From Candidatus Bathyarchaeota archaeon (GTDB lineage: Archaea > Thermoproteota > Bathyarchaeia > Bathyarchaeales > Bathycorpusculaceae), in assembly GCA_963780185.1 (NCBI GenBank), contig CAWABA010000009.1, positions 231,120 through 295,119 of the forward strand: 64,000 nucleotides of DNA. The letters run 5' to 3'. The number at the start of each line of letters is the position of its first letter. Positions within the stretch are counted from its first letter, which is position 1. The notes below the pieces were generated by a model. That model saw only the letters and a program-made list of their open reading frames with translations. It made no database searches and was not told where the DNA came from. Positions 37,780 through 48,920 of the stretch are shown here, piece after piece. The position numbers were made by a program, and so were the translations under genes.

Positions 37780-37890
37780 TCTGGTTCAACCTTTTCGACT
37801 ACGAGCAATTGTAATTTCCCCTAAAAGACACTTATGAATTCAAAAACAATAGTAGCAATCTCAAATTTCTCGGCGCAAGAGTGCAACTCA

Positions 37891-38454
37891 TTATGCGGCT
37901 AAAACTGCAATATAACAATTCAAGTCTTCCCTATCCACGAAAGAGGTAAGCTTGAGAGAAGAGTCTTCAAGCATATCCAAGAAAGTGTTCAGCGGAAAAG
38001 CCTTTTTCAACCCCGTCACAACGACGCACCCCTCTGGCTTGCCGACCCGTTTGAGCTCCCCCAAAGTCTCCGAGGGTTTAGGTATGTTCTGAAGAACTGT
38101 GAAAGCGAAAACCGCCTCAAAGAAGCCTTCAATAAACGGTAAATGGTCCGCGTCAGCCTGCAACACGTAAACGTTGCCCGCCTTCTTGGCTTCTTCATTG
38201 GCTTTTAGGAGCAGTTTACGTGAAATATCAACTCCAACAACCATGCCCGCAGTCGGGGCGTAGCTGAAGAATAAGCCTGTGCCGCATCCCACATCCAAAA
38301 CCCGTTTGCCCGCCAACTCAACGTTTTCCAACGCCGCCTTGTATTTTGCCTTCTGCTCCGCCGAGTAGCGTTCCTCGTACATGTCCGCAGTCAAATCGTA
38401 CCGCTGCATCGTCGTGCGCTTGTCTTTCCAGCCTGCCACCCAGGTTTCCTTCAA
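37891..38454 (-). CDS. Class I SAM-dependent methyltransferase
   Basis: VLDVGCGTG, GVDIS and ADADHLPF. Confidence 0.9.
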   Translation of the reverse strand: MKETWVAGWKDKRTTMQRYDLTADMYEERYSAEQKAKYKAALENVELAGKRVLDVGCGTGLFFSYAPTAGMVVGVDISRKLLLKANEEAKKAGNVYVLQADADHLPFIEGFFEAVFAFTVLQNIPKPSETLGELKRVGKPEGCVVVTGLKKAFPLNTFLDMLEDSSLKLTSFVDREDLNCYIAVLAA

Positions 38455-38502
38455 GAAATCTTATGTACCCAAGCACTGTCTAAAATAGTTGGCTGAAACA
38501 CC

Positions 38503-39300
38503 TTGGCGCAACCCAACAAACTCTCCGTCCTCTCGCAGCCCACGCTGGCGGACGCGGCTAAACTGATTGAGAAAGCTTTTGCACAGCGAAGAACGCTTAT
38601 TGTGGCTGGTACTTGCAGCGTGCATTACGTTGGCAGAGCAAGCTCCACGCTTGAGCTTGGCGAACGCATGTTAATCATTAAGTCGGATGGGTCGCTTCTT
38701 GTCCACCGCCCAGTCGGCTACGAACCCGTCAACTGGCAACCCGCAGGAAGCATCTTCCACGTACAAGTCAAAGACGACGGCAACATGGAAATCCACGCGG
38801 TCAGGCAGAAGCCAAGGGAAAACGTCAAAATCACCTTCACCGACGTTTTGATGGCGTCAGCGTTGAGTCTTGACGATTCAGGCGAGTTTCTGCTCTACGC
38901 ATCCGAAGACGACATGCACCGAGCCATCATCCTCAAGCCCGAACTTTTCGAGGAAGGGTTTAAGCCGATTAGCTGGGAGAAAAAAGTTGAGCCTGGCTTC
39001 GTGGACATTTACGGCGAAGACAAAAACGGCAAACTCGTCATCGTGGAAGTGAAACGCAAAACCGCGTCGAAAGAGGCGGCGCTGCAACTGGCAAAGTACA
39101 TCGAACCCATAAAAGCAAAAGTCAACCGCGAAGTGCGTGCCGTGCTGGTTGCCCCAAGCCTCGGCAAAGATGTACAGCGGCTGCTGTCCACGCTTGGTTT
39201 AGAGTTCAAGGCGCTGGACCCGAAAACATGCGCAGAAGTTCTGCGGAAAACAGAAAACTCTAAGCTTGAAAGTTTCTTCAGCTCCACCACGGCTCAATGA
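38503..39300 (+). CDS. nucS: Mismatch endonuclease NucS/EndoMS
   Basis: YVGRASSTL, KSDGSLLVH, PVNWQP, VDI..VEVKR and QLAKY; C-terminal PIP-like SKLESFF. Confidence 0.95.
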   Translation: MAQPNKLSVLSQPTLADAAKLIEKAFAQRRTLIVAGTCSVHYVGRASSTLELGERMLIIKSDGSLLVHRPVGYEPVNWQPAGSIFHVQVKDDGNMEIHAVRQKPRENVKITFTDVLMASALSLDDSGEFLLYASEDDMHRAIILKPELFEEGFKPISWEKKVEPGFVDIYGEDKNGKLVIVEVKRKTASKEAALQLAKYIEPIKAKVNREVRAVLVAPSLGKDVQRLLSTLGLEFKALDPKTCAEVLRKTENSKLESFFSSTTAQ

Positions 39301-39498
39301 AGAAAGGCAATCGAATGGAACTGCCCGCAATGAAGTCAATTAAAATGTAATCTTGAATTCAAAAAGAAATCCAGCGTCTTTGTTATTTTCGCTGAATCTG
39401 AATTCTGTTTCTGTATTGTTATTGTCTTTTTTGCGTAAACTTCGACAGTTAATTCTAAATATAGCAAGGGCTAAAATGCATACTGAGGGCATGGGCAT

Positions 39499-42400
39499 AT
39501 GGATAAGAAAGCATTATTCGTTTTATTAGCATTAGTCTTGTTAACAAGCATGATGATTTCCGCATTTGTTGGAGAGTTAGGGACCGTGCGTGCGGACAAT
39601 CAAAGCAGCGACTCAATCGCCGACACGAACTCGTGGCTGATGTTCCACAGCGACCTAAGCCACACAGGCGTTTCCTCCTCCGCAGCCCCAACAAACACAC
39701 TTCTATGGAGCTACCAAACAAACGGAGAAGTGTATTCATCACCAGCCATAGCAAACGGCATAGTATACGTGGGCTCAGAAGACGGTTGGATGTACGCCTT
39801 CCAAGCTTCAACAGGCGCATTACTCTGGAAATTTGAAACAGGTGCCGAAATTATGGGTTCACCTGCAGTAGCCAACGGAGTAGTCTACTTCGGCTCAGAC
39901 GACACATACGTCTACGCAGTTAACGCCACAACTGGCAGCCAAATCTGGAAGATAGAAACAACTACCCTCTCAGGTTTGATTCAGGGTTCGCCAACCGTCG
40001 CCGAAGGCGTAGTCTATATCGGCTCAGGAGACCACTACCTCTACGCTTTAAACGCAGCCACAGGAGCGACAAACTGGAGATTCCACGCCAACGGCGAAGT
40101 ACAATCGTCGCCTGCGGTTGTTAACGGCATTGTTTACGTGGGCTCGAGCGATTACTCGATGTATGCAATCAACGCGTCGACGGGAACTCAGGTGTGGCGG
40201 TACGGAACATCCAGCTACGTGTTTTCTGCGCCAGCCGTCGCAAACGGGCTTGTTTACTTTGGCTCCTGGGACCACAACGTCTATGCGGTGAACGCCTTGA
40301 CGGGTGTCCTTTCATGGTATAGGCAAACAGGCGGTAAAGTCCAGTCTTCCCCAGCCGTTGCCCATGGAATAGTCTACGTCGGTTCAGAAGACAACTACCT
40401 ATATGCGCTAGATGGTTCCAGCGGCGATTTACAGTGGAAGTATGAGACGGGCGACCAAGTGGTTTCGTCTCCCGCTTTGGCAGGCGGCTTTGTCTACGTC
40501 GGCTCAAGCGACAAAAACGTCTACGCCATTAACGCTATTACAGGCACGGTAGCATGGAGTCACACAACTCCTGACCAGATATGGGGCTCCCCAGCAATTG
40601 TCGATGGTGTCCTCTACATAGGCACGATGAGTCAAACTAGCGGCGCAATATATGCAATAGGTTCAATATCGGATTGGCCAACGTGGCAGCATGACGAAAT
40701 CCATTCAGGCTCGGCGACGGGGCAGGGACCGACAGTGAGTCCAAATCTACTTTGGCACAGCGGGATTGACTCATACGTGGTCTCGGGTTCACCTACAGTG
40801 GCTGACGGCTTAGTGTTCCAAGGCGGCTTATACGCTCACTTCTACGCTTTCAACGCTTCGACAGGAGTGCAGAAATGGGTCTTCAACGAAAACGACAATT
40901 TTGAGTTCCGCGGAACACCGGCTGTCGCGTATGGGATGGTGTATGAGGGGTCCATGAACGGAACTTTCTTCGCTTTTGATGAAAATACAGGCAATGTAAT
41001 CTGGACCCAAACTATTCGGACCATAACATATGCCTCCGCTACATTTAGAGGCTCCCCCACCGTGGTAGGCGGTGTTGTTTACGTTGGCGCTGACTTGGGC
41101 GATGGCACCGGAGCCGTGTTAGCTTACAACGCAGTAACGGGAAACCAAATCTGGGGAGTACCAACCGCCGGTCCAATCGTTGCTTGTCCAGCCGTATCAA
41201 ACGGCGTAGTTTACGTTGGCTCATACACTAACCCAGTCTTCTACGCACTTGACGCCGCAACAGGAAATATACTGTGGCATATCCCATTTGGCAGCGGAAG
41301 CCTCATCTACAGCTCAGCCACCGTCAGCGACGGCGTTGTTTACTTCGGTTCATGGGACGATAACCTACACGCCTACAATGCCACGACAGGGGACGTGGTG
41401 TGGACCTTCACTTCTGGAGGAGACATAGATTCTACTCCGGCGGTTGTCGGCGGTGTGGTCTACTTTGGAAGCGACGACGGCAAAATCTACGCGGTAGACG
41501 CCTCCACAGGTGGTCAATTATGGGCGTTCTCAACACCGTCTGGGTGGAGCTATACAACTGTGTCCTCTCCCGTTATTTCGGGCAGCACACTGTACTTGGG
41601 ATTCTTTGCCTCAGGCTCGGCGCCATTTTACGCAATAAACGTGACTTCAGGCACTGCCCTTTATCACTTAAACCTTGGAGGCAACATTTACTGTTCGACA
41701 CCCGTAGTAAACGGCATACTCTACATGGTTGACAACGGCCAAGTAATGGCATATGCCTCACCGCACCCGACAGCAACTATTTCCCCCCCATCTGCCAGCT
41801 CCGACGTAGGCATAAACAACAACTTTGTCGCATCAGCTTCAGGCGGCTCAGGCACCTACACGAATTACGAATGGTTCGTAAACGGCGTCTCGAAGCAAAG
41901 CAGCTCCGACACCATCTTCTCTTATGCCGGCACTTGGCCCGGGACATACTCAATAACAGTCGTGGTCACGGACAGTTTAGGCCAACTTTCAGGCCAATCT
42001 ACCCCTGCACAGCTAACCGTCAACAACCCGCCGACAGTTAGTATATCGCCGACTTCCTACGTTATGGATATTGGTCAAACCAAAATGTTCACGGCAAACG
42101 CGGTTAATGGAACGGGCGCACTGAGCTATCTGTGGTATGTCGATGACTCTATGGATTTAAGCCAAACCTCTTTGACTTACACGTACCAGGCAAACTCGGC
42201 AGGTTCACACACGATCTACTGTTATGTCTTCGACAGACTGCTATCCATCCGTAGGGGCGACGTCAAACACGCCGACTATCACAGTGAACTCCGCGTTGGC
42301 TGCACCAACATTGGCGCCCCCGTCTTCAGGCACAGTAAACCAGGGAGACTCTTCAAACTTGACTTCAAACGCGGCAGCGACAGGAACATCCCCCTACACT

Positions 42401-42727
42401 TACCAATGGTTCAGCGAACCGCCTGGCAACACAACGTACACGCTCATCGGCGGCGCCACCACATTAACCTACAACTTTACAACTTCATCCGCTACAGCAA
42501 CAGGCACATGGAATTTCATGCTTCAAACAACCGACAACGCAGGAGCAGCAGCGAACTCCACAGCCGCATCCGTGGTGGTTAATCCACTGGCTATTCCAGA
42601 GTCGCCACAGTTGCTCCTTATCTTCTCAGTCACATTAGCCGCCGTAGCCCTGACCGTAGCCTTCGCCATCAAAAAACAACATCCCCGAGAAGCTCAACAA
42701 CAAAGTCGCACGAATCTATTCAAATAG
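39499..42727 (+). CDS. Surface protein with tandem PQQ-like beta-propellers, Ig/PKD-like domains and IPE+TM tail; frameshift near 42235
   Basis: Signal peptide; many SSPAV..G.VY.GS.D..YA.NA.TG..W repeats; C-terminus in the 42224-42727 ORF ending IPES-TM-KK. Confidence 0.88.
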
Positions 42728-42864
42728 ACTCAGAAACCAAAACTTCCAATTTCTCTATTTTTCCTTTGTGCCTCCATGCCTTTTTCGATAAAGCACAGCG
42801 ACGGCTACAGCTAACACGATATGAAGTGAGGCTTTCTTGACTGAACGAAGTCAAGTTTTCTTGA

Positions 42865-43326
42865 CTAAACAGAAAGTGGCTGGGGCTTGCCTCGGATGCG
42901 CCAAGTTGACGCACTGAACACCGAAAACGCGATGAGGAAAAACAGAACCGCCACCCTGAGAAGCGTGAATGCTTGCAGGGTATATGCGAGCAGGATGACC
43001 GCTGGGAGCGGCCCGAGAAGCGCATAGTAGAAAAGGGCGATGGGTAGGTGGTAGGTGTGTTTGTAGTCTTTGAGGCTGCGTTTGCCGAAGTAGAGTGCTG
43101 CTAGTCTGCCCATGCCGAAGGTGCATTTTTTGCAGTTGTAGCAGGGGCGGAGGCAGCCGAGGAACTTGAGGATGCCGTAGACGGCGATGAGCAAAACCAG
43201 CAGGAACGCGATGCCGCCTGCCAAGCTGATAAGGGAAATAGCTGCCGTGTCGAGTATGATCCATGCGGCGAGGGCGATGTTTCCCAGGATGGCGAATGTT
43301 TTGGGGAACTCTATGGTTTCGCTGAT
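42865..43326 (-). CDS. Membrane protein with CxxCxxCxxC motif
   Basis: Frame open from 43326 (first codon reads ATC, so the start is uncertain); CLRPCYNCKKCTFGMG between TM pairs. Confidence 0.65.
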   Translation of the reverse strand: MSETIEFPKTFAILGNIALAAWIILDTAAISLISLAGGIAFLLVLLIAVYGILKFLGCLRPCYNCKKCTFGMGRLAALYFGKRSLKDYKHTYHLPIALFYYALLGPLPAVILLAYTLQAFTLLRVAVLFFLIAFSVFSASTWRIRGKPQPLSV

Positions 43327-43895
43327 TTATCTCGGCTCCTGGAACCACATTGTCTGCGACAAGATAAGTAGCTTTCCACTCAGTCCAAAATTTGCCTGCG
43401 TCAAACTTTTGGTTGAGTAAACAAATACATGCTGTCTGAAACTAGGAGAAATTAGTTTAGTAATATTCCGAAATTGGAAAATTCCTTTAATTTAAGTAAA
43501 ACTTTTTCTTGTCTACAATTTAAAACTAAGAGGGCTTCACTACGAAAAGCGCCTGTGTCAGAACCGTGAAAAGCACAAACGAAATTCGGTCAATCTTAAA
43601 AAATGCTAATTTGGATTTCGATTTAATACTTAATAAAGCGTTAAACGATTATCTGAAAAAAATATTCTTTGTATGCCCATTTACATATGAACTCTGCATA
43701 CATGAACGGCAATGCATAGGCTGCTCTTCCTCGGAGCCTAAGTAAGAAAACAATAAGCTGATAACCGATAAAACGTTCTCTCAAAACAAAGAAACTAAAT
43801 AAGGCATATTTCAAAAAACTTAACAAGTCTTAAATCTGCTTAGCTTAGAAATATACTGAATCCGGAATTAAAACGCCAAAAGAGACTCGTTCGCC

Positions 43896-44270
43896 TTGAC
43901 TGAAAAATTCTTCGTATGTGTTGACGGCGTCTACGTTAGGGATGGCAAGATATTGCTTTTGAAGCGTAATGTGGAGCCGTTCAAGTGGTGCTGGCACGTT
44001 GTCGGCGGACACGTGGAAGAAGATGAGACCCTCAAGCAAGCCTTAAGAAGGGAGTTCAAGGAAGAAACCGACTTGGACATTGAGGTCGGCGAGATAATTG
44101 ATGGACGGATCGAGAAAACCTTCGATAGGACAAAATTGATTGTTGCTTTTGAGGTTCTCTCGGCTGAAGGCGAAATCAAGCTCAACTCTGAAAGCTTGGA
44201 ATATGGCTGGTTCACGGAAACCCCCACAAACTCCGTCTATGATTACACCAAATATCTGAAAAAGCCTTGA
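43896..44270 (+). CDS. NUDIX hydrolase
   Basis: GGHVEEDETLKQALRREFKEETDL Nudix box. Confidence 0.92.
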   Translation: MTEKFFVCVDGVYVRDGKILLLKRNVEPFKWCWHVVGGHVEEDETLKQALRREFKEETDLDIEVGEIIDGRIEKTFDRTKLIVAFEVLSAEGEIKLNSESLEYGWFTETPTNSVYDYTKYLKKP

Positions 44271-44354
44271 TTGCGGGGTTTCTTGTAGTTCGACAAGCGG
44301 CAAGCGCTAACCTTTTATTGAATCCGCATTTAAAATACATCTGGAGAATGCCGT

Positions 44355-44969
44355 TTGAACTTCATCTCTGACCTGGCAAGAGCCATCATAGCTTTATTCA
44401 TAATAGTCGACCCCTTCGGAAACATCCCAATATTCGTGGGCTTAACCGAAAACGTTCCTGAAGCAAAAATAAAAAAGGTTTACAACACCGCGGTTCTTGT
44501 CGGCATGATTCTTCTGCTTGTCTTCGCCTTCGCTGGAACCGCGATTCTGAACGCTTTCGGGCTGTCGCTTCAAAGCTTTGAAATTGCAGGTGGCATATTG
44601 CTATTGATTATTGCGATTAGAATCTTGATTTCCGGCACTCATGAAACCGTTGAGTCTCCTGAAAGCTTAGGTGCGGTGCCCATAGCTATTCCGCTCCTTG
44701 TCGGACCTGGAGCCATCACGACAACCATGGTTACTTTTCAAACTTACTTCAACGCTGACGGATTGGAAACCGCGCTTTCAATCGCGGTTCTGGCAGTGGT
44801 GATAGTTATGTCTTTGACATGGGTTATCCTACGCTTCATCAACCAGATTGACCACTTTCTTGGGAAAACGGGCGCAATAGTAATCGCAAGAGTGATGGCG
44901 CTGCTAATCGCCGGCATTGCGATCCAGTACATTTTAACCGGCATCAACACTTTTCCATTCGCTCATTAA
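44355..44969 (+). CDS. MarC family membrane protein
   Basis: IVDPFGNIPIF and VPIAIPLLVGPGAIT. Confidence 0.92.
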   Translation: MNFISDLARAIIALFIIVDPFGNIPIFVGLTENVPEAKIKKVYNTAVLVGMILLLVFAFAGTAILNAFGLSLQSFEIAGGILLLIIAIRILISGTHETVESPESLGAVPIAIPLLVGPGAITTTMVTFQTYFNADGLETALSIAVLAVVIVMSLTWVILRFINQIDHFLGKTGAIVIARVMALLIAGIAIQYILTGINTFPFAH

Positions 44970-45010
44970 TTTCAGGTAAGCGGCTAATCTGTGCCGAAAA
45001 AAGTAGTCTA

Positions 45011-45088
45011 TCATCCAGAGGCTAGGTCGAACACTTACTTAATCAAGTTGCTGCGGGCACCTTCTGACTCCTCTCTAGCCTCACCCGC
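45011..45088 (-). pseudogene. Degenerate 3'-end copy of the 48404-48640 gene
   Basis: AGEAREESEGARSNLIK*VFDLASG* versus EAKEESERIRTNLIEQVFDLAAKL*. Confidence 0.7.
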
Positions 45089-45163
45089 AAGTTGAAGATA
45101 TCTGCAGTCGGGGTCATGGAAATGCCTGTTCCCATTTGTACCTGTTTTCCACGTTTATGTTAG

Positions 45164-46282
45164 CTACGCTATTTTAGTTAGAATATTGTATAAATTGTCG
45201 CCAACCACGGTTGATTTTCTCTTTTCATATTCTTCAAACCCGGCAGACTGCAATCTTTTGTAAAGAGCTGCGTCTTCGTAGAGGCGATTAATATTTTTCA
45301 AAAGACCCTTTTCTCCCTCTGCTACCAACGCGTTTACATTGTCGATAACATAGCTGTCATTGTGGGTCATTACTATGGGTGTCCTCATACTCCAACAGTC
45401 ACCTATAAAACCCCATCCGCCCTTTTTTACAGGAGTATATGCATAGTAGCAACTGGAAATCAAGTTCGTTGCCTCTGATCGCGGCAAATGGTCAATATGA
45501 AGTATAGCATCGCCGTATTTGCCTTTAAGCTTCTTTATGAGAGGCGCTTGAGAACCTAATCCTACCACAACAAACTGCTCGGTCTCGGTTTTTTCTAATA
45601 TTAGCGGCAATGCCCACTCGAATTCGTTGGTATTCTTAAACGGGTAAAGCGAACCTACGTAAACGCCTCTGTTTTTTTCTCTGACCTCAGCAGGCTTCGT
45701 TTCAGGCGGTATTTCTGCCGGCCAAGGAACATAATATACTGGTTTCTGGTGTTTTGACAGATTAATTAGGTTTTCTTGATCGCGTGGATGACACGTAATC
45801 AAGGCTGCAGATTTTTCGCACAGCCATGACCAGAAGCCAGGACCTGAAGATGGTATCCCAAAAACATTCATAAGGCATTTCATTTTCAGGCTAGTATAGG
45901 CGTCACCTGAGAGGATTCTGCCTGCATCCTCCACAAGTAGGACTATCGGCTTTTTCAGAACTTTTTGAACAGATAAAGCCAACCGCATGTTGAGTTCTTG
46001 AAAGCAAAAGATCAAATCAGGATTTAGTTCTCTAGCAACATCTATCACTTTGCTCAAGGCTTTGTTTGGGAATAGAAACATATCGTAAATATCCTTATAG
46101 AGTCGATGAATGGGGATGCCGTCCATGTTTTCGTATGCAGGAAGACTACCTGGTCCCTTCAAATCCATGGATTTTCCCGCAACAACAACTACTTGTATTC
46201 CTCTTTCATGAAGTCTAGAAAGCATGAACGCATTAGCGTTTACCCGCTTGTTCATTCCAGGGACGATGCACAGTATTTTCAG
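45164..46282 (-). CDS. Glycosyltransferase family 4 (GT-B)
   Basis: KILCIVPG N-terminal strand upstream of the called ATG (46255); YVGSLYPFKN; start uncertain. Confidence 0.8.
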   Translation of the reverse strand: MKILCIVPGMNKRVNANAFMLSRLHERGIQVVVVAGKSMDLKGPGSLPAYENMDGIPIHRLYKDIYDMFLFPNKALSKVIDVARELNPDLIFCFQELNMRLALSVQKVLKKPIVLLVEDAGRILSGDAYTSLKMKCLMNVFGIPSSGPGFWSWLCEKSAALITCHPRDQENLINLSKHQKPVYYVPWPAEIPPETKPAEVREKNRGVYVGSLYPFKNTNEFEWALPLILEKTETEQFVVVGLGSQAPLIKKLKGKYGDAILHIDHLPRSEATNLISSCYYAYTPVKKGGWGFIGDCWSMRTPIVMTHNDSYVIDNVNALVAEGEKGLLKNINRLYEDAALYKRLQSAGFEEYEKRKSTVVGDNLYNILTKIA

Positions 46283-46458
46283 AAATTCATCAAACCCTCA
46301 GACTAAACAATCGAAGGAACGATAAATACTTACTTTTGCGAAAATTGCCATTTTGCATGGGCACTTATAGATGACGTTACATGTATCCTTCATCATTGTT
46401 GGTCTTCATGAAGAATAAGTCTAGAAGAAGAAGTGGCGGGAAAAAGAAATGTACAAAA

Positions 46459-48270
46459 TCAATCTGCATATCTACCCAAATTTTGTTTCAACCAAAGCTC
46501 GGTAAACATGATACCCCATATCATTACTGACATCATCCAAGAAGAACTATTTTCCTTCGAAAGAAGATCGAACGCTTTCTGAACTCTGTCAATTGACATG
46601 ATATTCTTGATGTATTCACCTTCTTGAATCACACTTTTGTACGCAAACCCTGAAACTTGCGGATCTTTCAGCCAATTAACAAGAGGCGGCGTGAAAGCGT
46701 TTTTCTTTCTATAAACGAAGTCTGCGGGCATGGATTTTTCGAGTAACTTCTTCAATGGATATTTGTTTACTCCATTTTGTTTCTTACATCTAATCCTCCC
46801 TTGTTCGACCAATATGTCTCTCCACAAGAAAGGGTATACCATGTCTATTTTTTGCGGGTATGTTCCATATGTTTTCATTGCGGTGGAGCGAGTAACCTGA
46901 ATAAGATGTATCGTTGTGCTTTTTGTGAAAAAAGAATGGATACCTTCCGGGTCTGAAAAGGAGTCGAAGAATTCTTCAAAGCGTGGAGCAATTCTTGTGA
47001 TTGAGTTCCTTGCTTCTTTGTTAAAGAAGCTGTCATACGGGAAAAGATTTATCCTGCATAGGTCTAAGGTAGGTTCGCCGGTTGCAGACATCGACTCGAA
47101 GAAACCGCTAAGCTTGTTGATTCTTGGTATATTCAACAAACCTATTGCCTGAAAGAGTCTGCTGTCGATTTGTCGGAAGGCTTTAGGTTGACGAAACATC
47201 GCCTTTTGTACATTAACTATTCGTTCTCCGTTTGTTACAGCAAAACAAGTATCCGCTCCCAACCCATCAATAATGATTTTTTTATGATTGATAGATTTAG
47301 CGATTTGGTTGACACCGTAAAAAGATGGCAATGCTGAAGTGTCTGAGTAAGGTTGGATATATTGAGGGATCATTTCATTGATGACGTTAACTATCTGCTC
47401 AGATTCCATATGAAAAGCTTCTAGTTGAATACCGGTTTTCTCCGCTGCATATCGAGCATACCCTTCTTCTGGGTCATGGCTGCCAAATCCGACGAAACAT
47501 GCTTTGATATTACTGTTTTCGGTTAAAGATAGATACTGTGTAAGTAATGTGGAGTCTACGCCTCCGCTAAGCATTATTATAGGGTCAAAAGTGTTTAGTA
47601 TTTCCATTGAACGCTTCAGTGTTTCTTCGGTTACAGATAAGTCATTGCTATCCAGAGTGTAATTGAATTTAAAGAAAGGCTCAATTTTTTCACTATATGG
47701 CTTTGTATTCATTTTCAGTGCGTGTGATGCTGGTACGCATTTAATGCCTTTCAGAATTGTCAATGGATCCGGAGGACTAGAATATTTTATTGTGGCCATG
47801 TACGCTTGATAGTCTACCTGAAAATCTGTAAAAGCTATCAGTGGTCTTAAGTCATTACAAAATATAATGCCATTGTCTTCGGTTTTTGTGTAATAGATTC
47901 TTCCACATGACGCATTATTCGACGCCAACCCCAACTGTAAGTTTTCTTTGTCTTGGACTACACTAATGAGATTTACGTTTGAAACGATTTGCTTTAGGCA
48001 ATAGTCAAAACCACCCGGGGTCTTTTCCAACTTAGATATATCAAAGATGCGGTACCCTTCATTTGATTTTTCAATTGGAATTGCATCTCCGATTATAACC
48101 CCCCGATTATCCGAGAAAGTCCTGTCTAGTTGTCGATCATAATTGTGAAATATCCATGCAACGTAATCGCCAGACTGCAACGTGAAATCGAAAAGTTTTT
48201 TTGGACTATATTCGGTAAAAACCTCTTCGATTGCCTTGTTACGTCTAGGAGCTACATATCCGCCAATCAT
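46459..48270 (-). CDS. Asparagine synthase-related amidoligase
   Basis: LSGGVDST PP-loop, DGLGAD, YPFL and KYPLKKLL...YRKKNAF; no N-terminal Cys. Confidence 0.8.
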   Translation of the reverse strand: MIGGYVAPRRNKAIEEVFTEYSPKKLFDFTLQSGDYVAWIFHNYDRQLDRTFSDNRGVIIGDAIPIEKSNEGYRIFDISKLEKTPGGFDYCLKQIVSNVNLISVVQDKENLQLGLASNNASCGRIYYTKTEDNGIIFCNDLRPLIAFTDFQVDYQAYMATIKYSSPPDPLTILKGIKCVPASHALKMNTKPYSEKIEPFFKFNYTLDSNDLSVTEETLKRSMEILNTFDPIIMLSGGVDSTLLTQYLSLTENSNIKACFVGFGSHDPEEGYARYAAEKTGIQLEAFHMESEQIVNVINEMIPQYIQPYSDTSALPSFYGVNQIAKSINHKKIIIDGLGADTCFAVTNGERIVNVQKAMFRQPKAFRQIDSRLFQAIGLLNIPRINKLSGFFESMSATGEPTLDLCRINLFPYDSFFNKEARNSITRIAPRFEEFFDSFSDPEGIHSFFTKSTTIHLIQVTRSTAMKTYGTYPQKIDMVYPFLWRDILVEQGRIRCKKQNGVNKYPLKKLLEKSMPADFVYRKKNAFTPPLVNWLKDPQVSGFAYKSVIQEGEYIKNIMSIDRVQKAFDLLSKENSSSWMMSVMIWGIMFTELWLKQNLGRYAD

Positions 48271-48403
48271 AAAGCCTATTCGATTTGTGCGAAATAAAAA
48301 CTTTGTTCCCGAACTGTTAAATGCAATTGCAATTCCAGAAAAATGCTTGCAATAGTCTCACTCAAGCACGCCCAAGGCGACATAATTCTGCGTTGAATGT
48401 TCT

Positions 48404-48640
48404 TTACAGTTTGGCTGCGAGATCGAAAACTTGTTCAATTAGGTTGGTGCGAATGCGCTCGGATTCCTCTTTGGCTTCCATGGGATTCTCTATCTTAAGT
48501 TTGTGTTCTTCAATGTGCGCTTCAATTGCTTGACTCATTTCTTTAACGTTGGGAACAAGCAGAATCTTGGAGCCGCACGAACACTTGATTATGGGTAAAC
48601 CCTTCACTTTGGTTCGGCTTTTCCTGATATTTCCATCCAA
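48404..48640 (-). CDS. Small CxC...HxxxH Zn-binding protein
   Basis: IKCSCGSKILLVP...AIEAHIEEH. Confidence 0.7.
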   Translation of the reverse strand: MDGNIRKSRTKVKGLPIIKCSCGSKILLVPNVKEMSQAIEAHIEEHKLKIENPMEAKEESERIRTNLIEQVFDLAAKL

Positions 48641-48920
48641 CAGTTTTAGCCTTCAACTATTCGGTATGAACGCATTTAAAAAAGCGTTATTTCCGAAAAC
48701 AAAATATTGCGAAACCAGCTATTATCCCACTTAGAAAGCATTTTAAATTCAGCAGCTGCGACCGCTTCACATTAATTAACATCTGTCATAAGCTGCGTAA
48801 GTTTTGGTTCGTTACCTATATGCACGTTACACCCCTATTGCGGGAGAACGATAACGGCACAAAAACGAAAACCCTTGGCTTTCGCCCACGAATCCAGAAA
48901 ACTACAACGACGCCCAAACA

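Noticed and set aside
8805-44303. Numerous antisense or nested ORFs in the track (e.g. 8805-9191, 13150-13476, 29644-30174, 51156-51575)
   Set aside because: Shadows of well-supported genes on the other strand or frame, with no motifs
45018-45089. Apparent stem-loop/pseudoknot (GAGGCTAG/CTAGCCTC)
   Set aside because: Better explained as a decayed coding remnant on the minus strand
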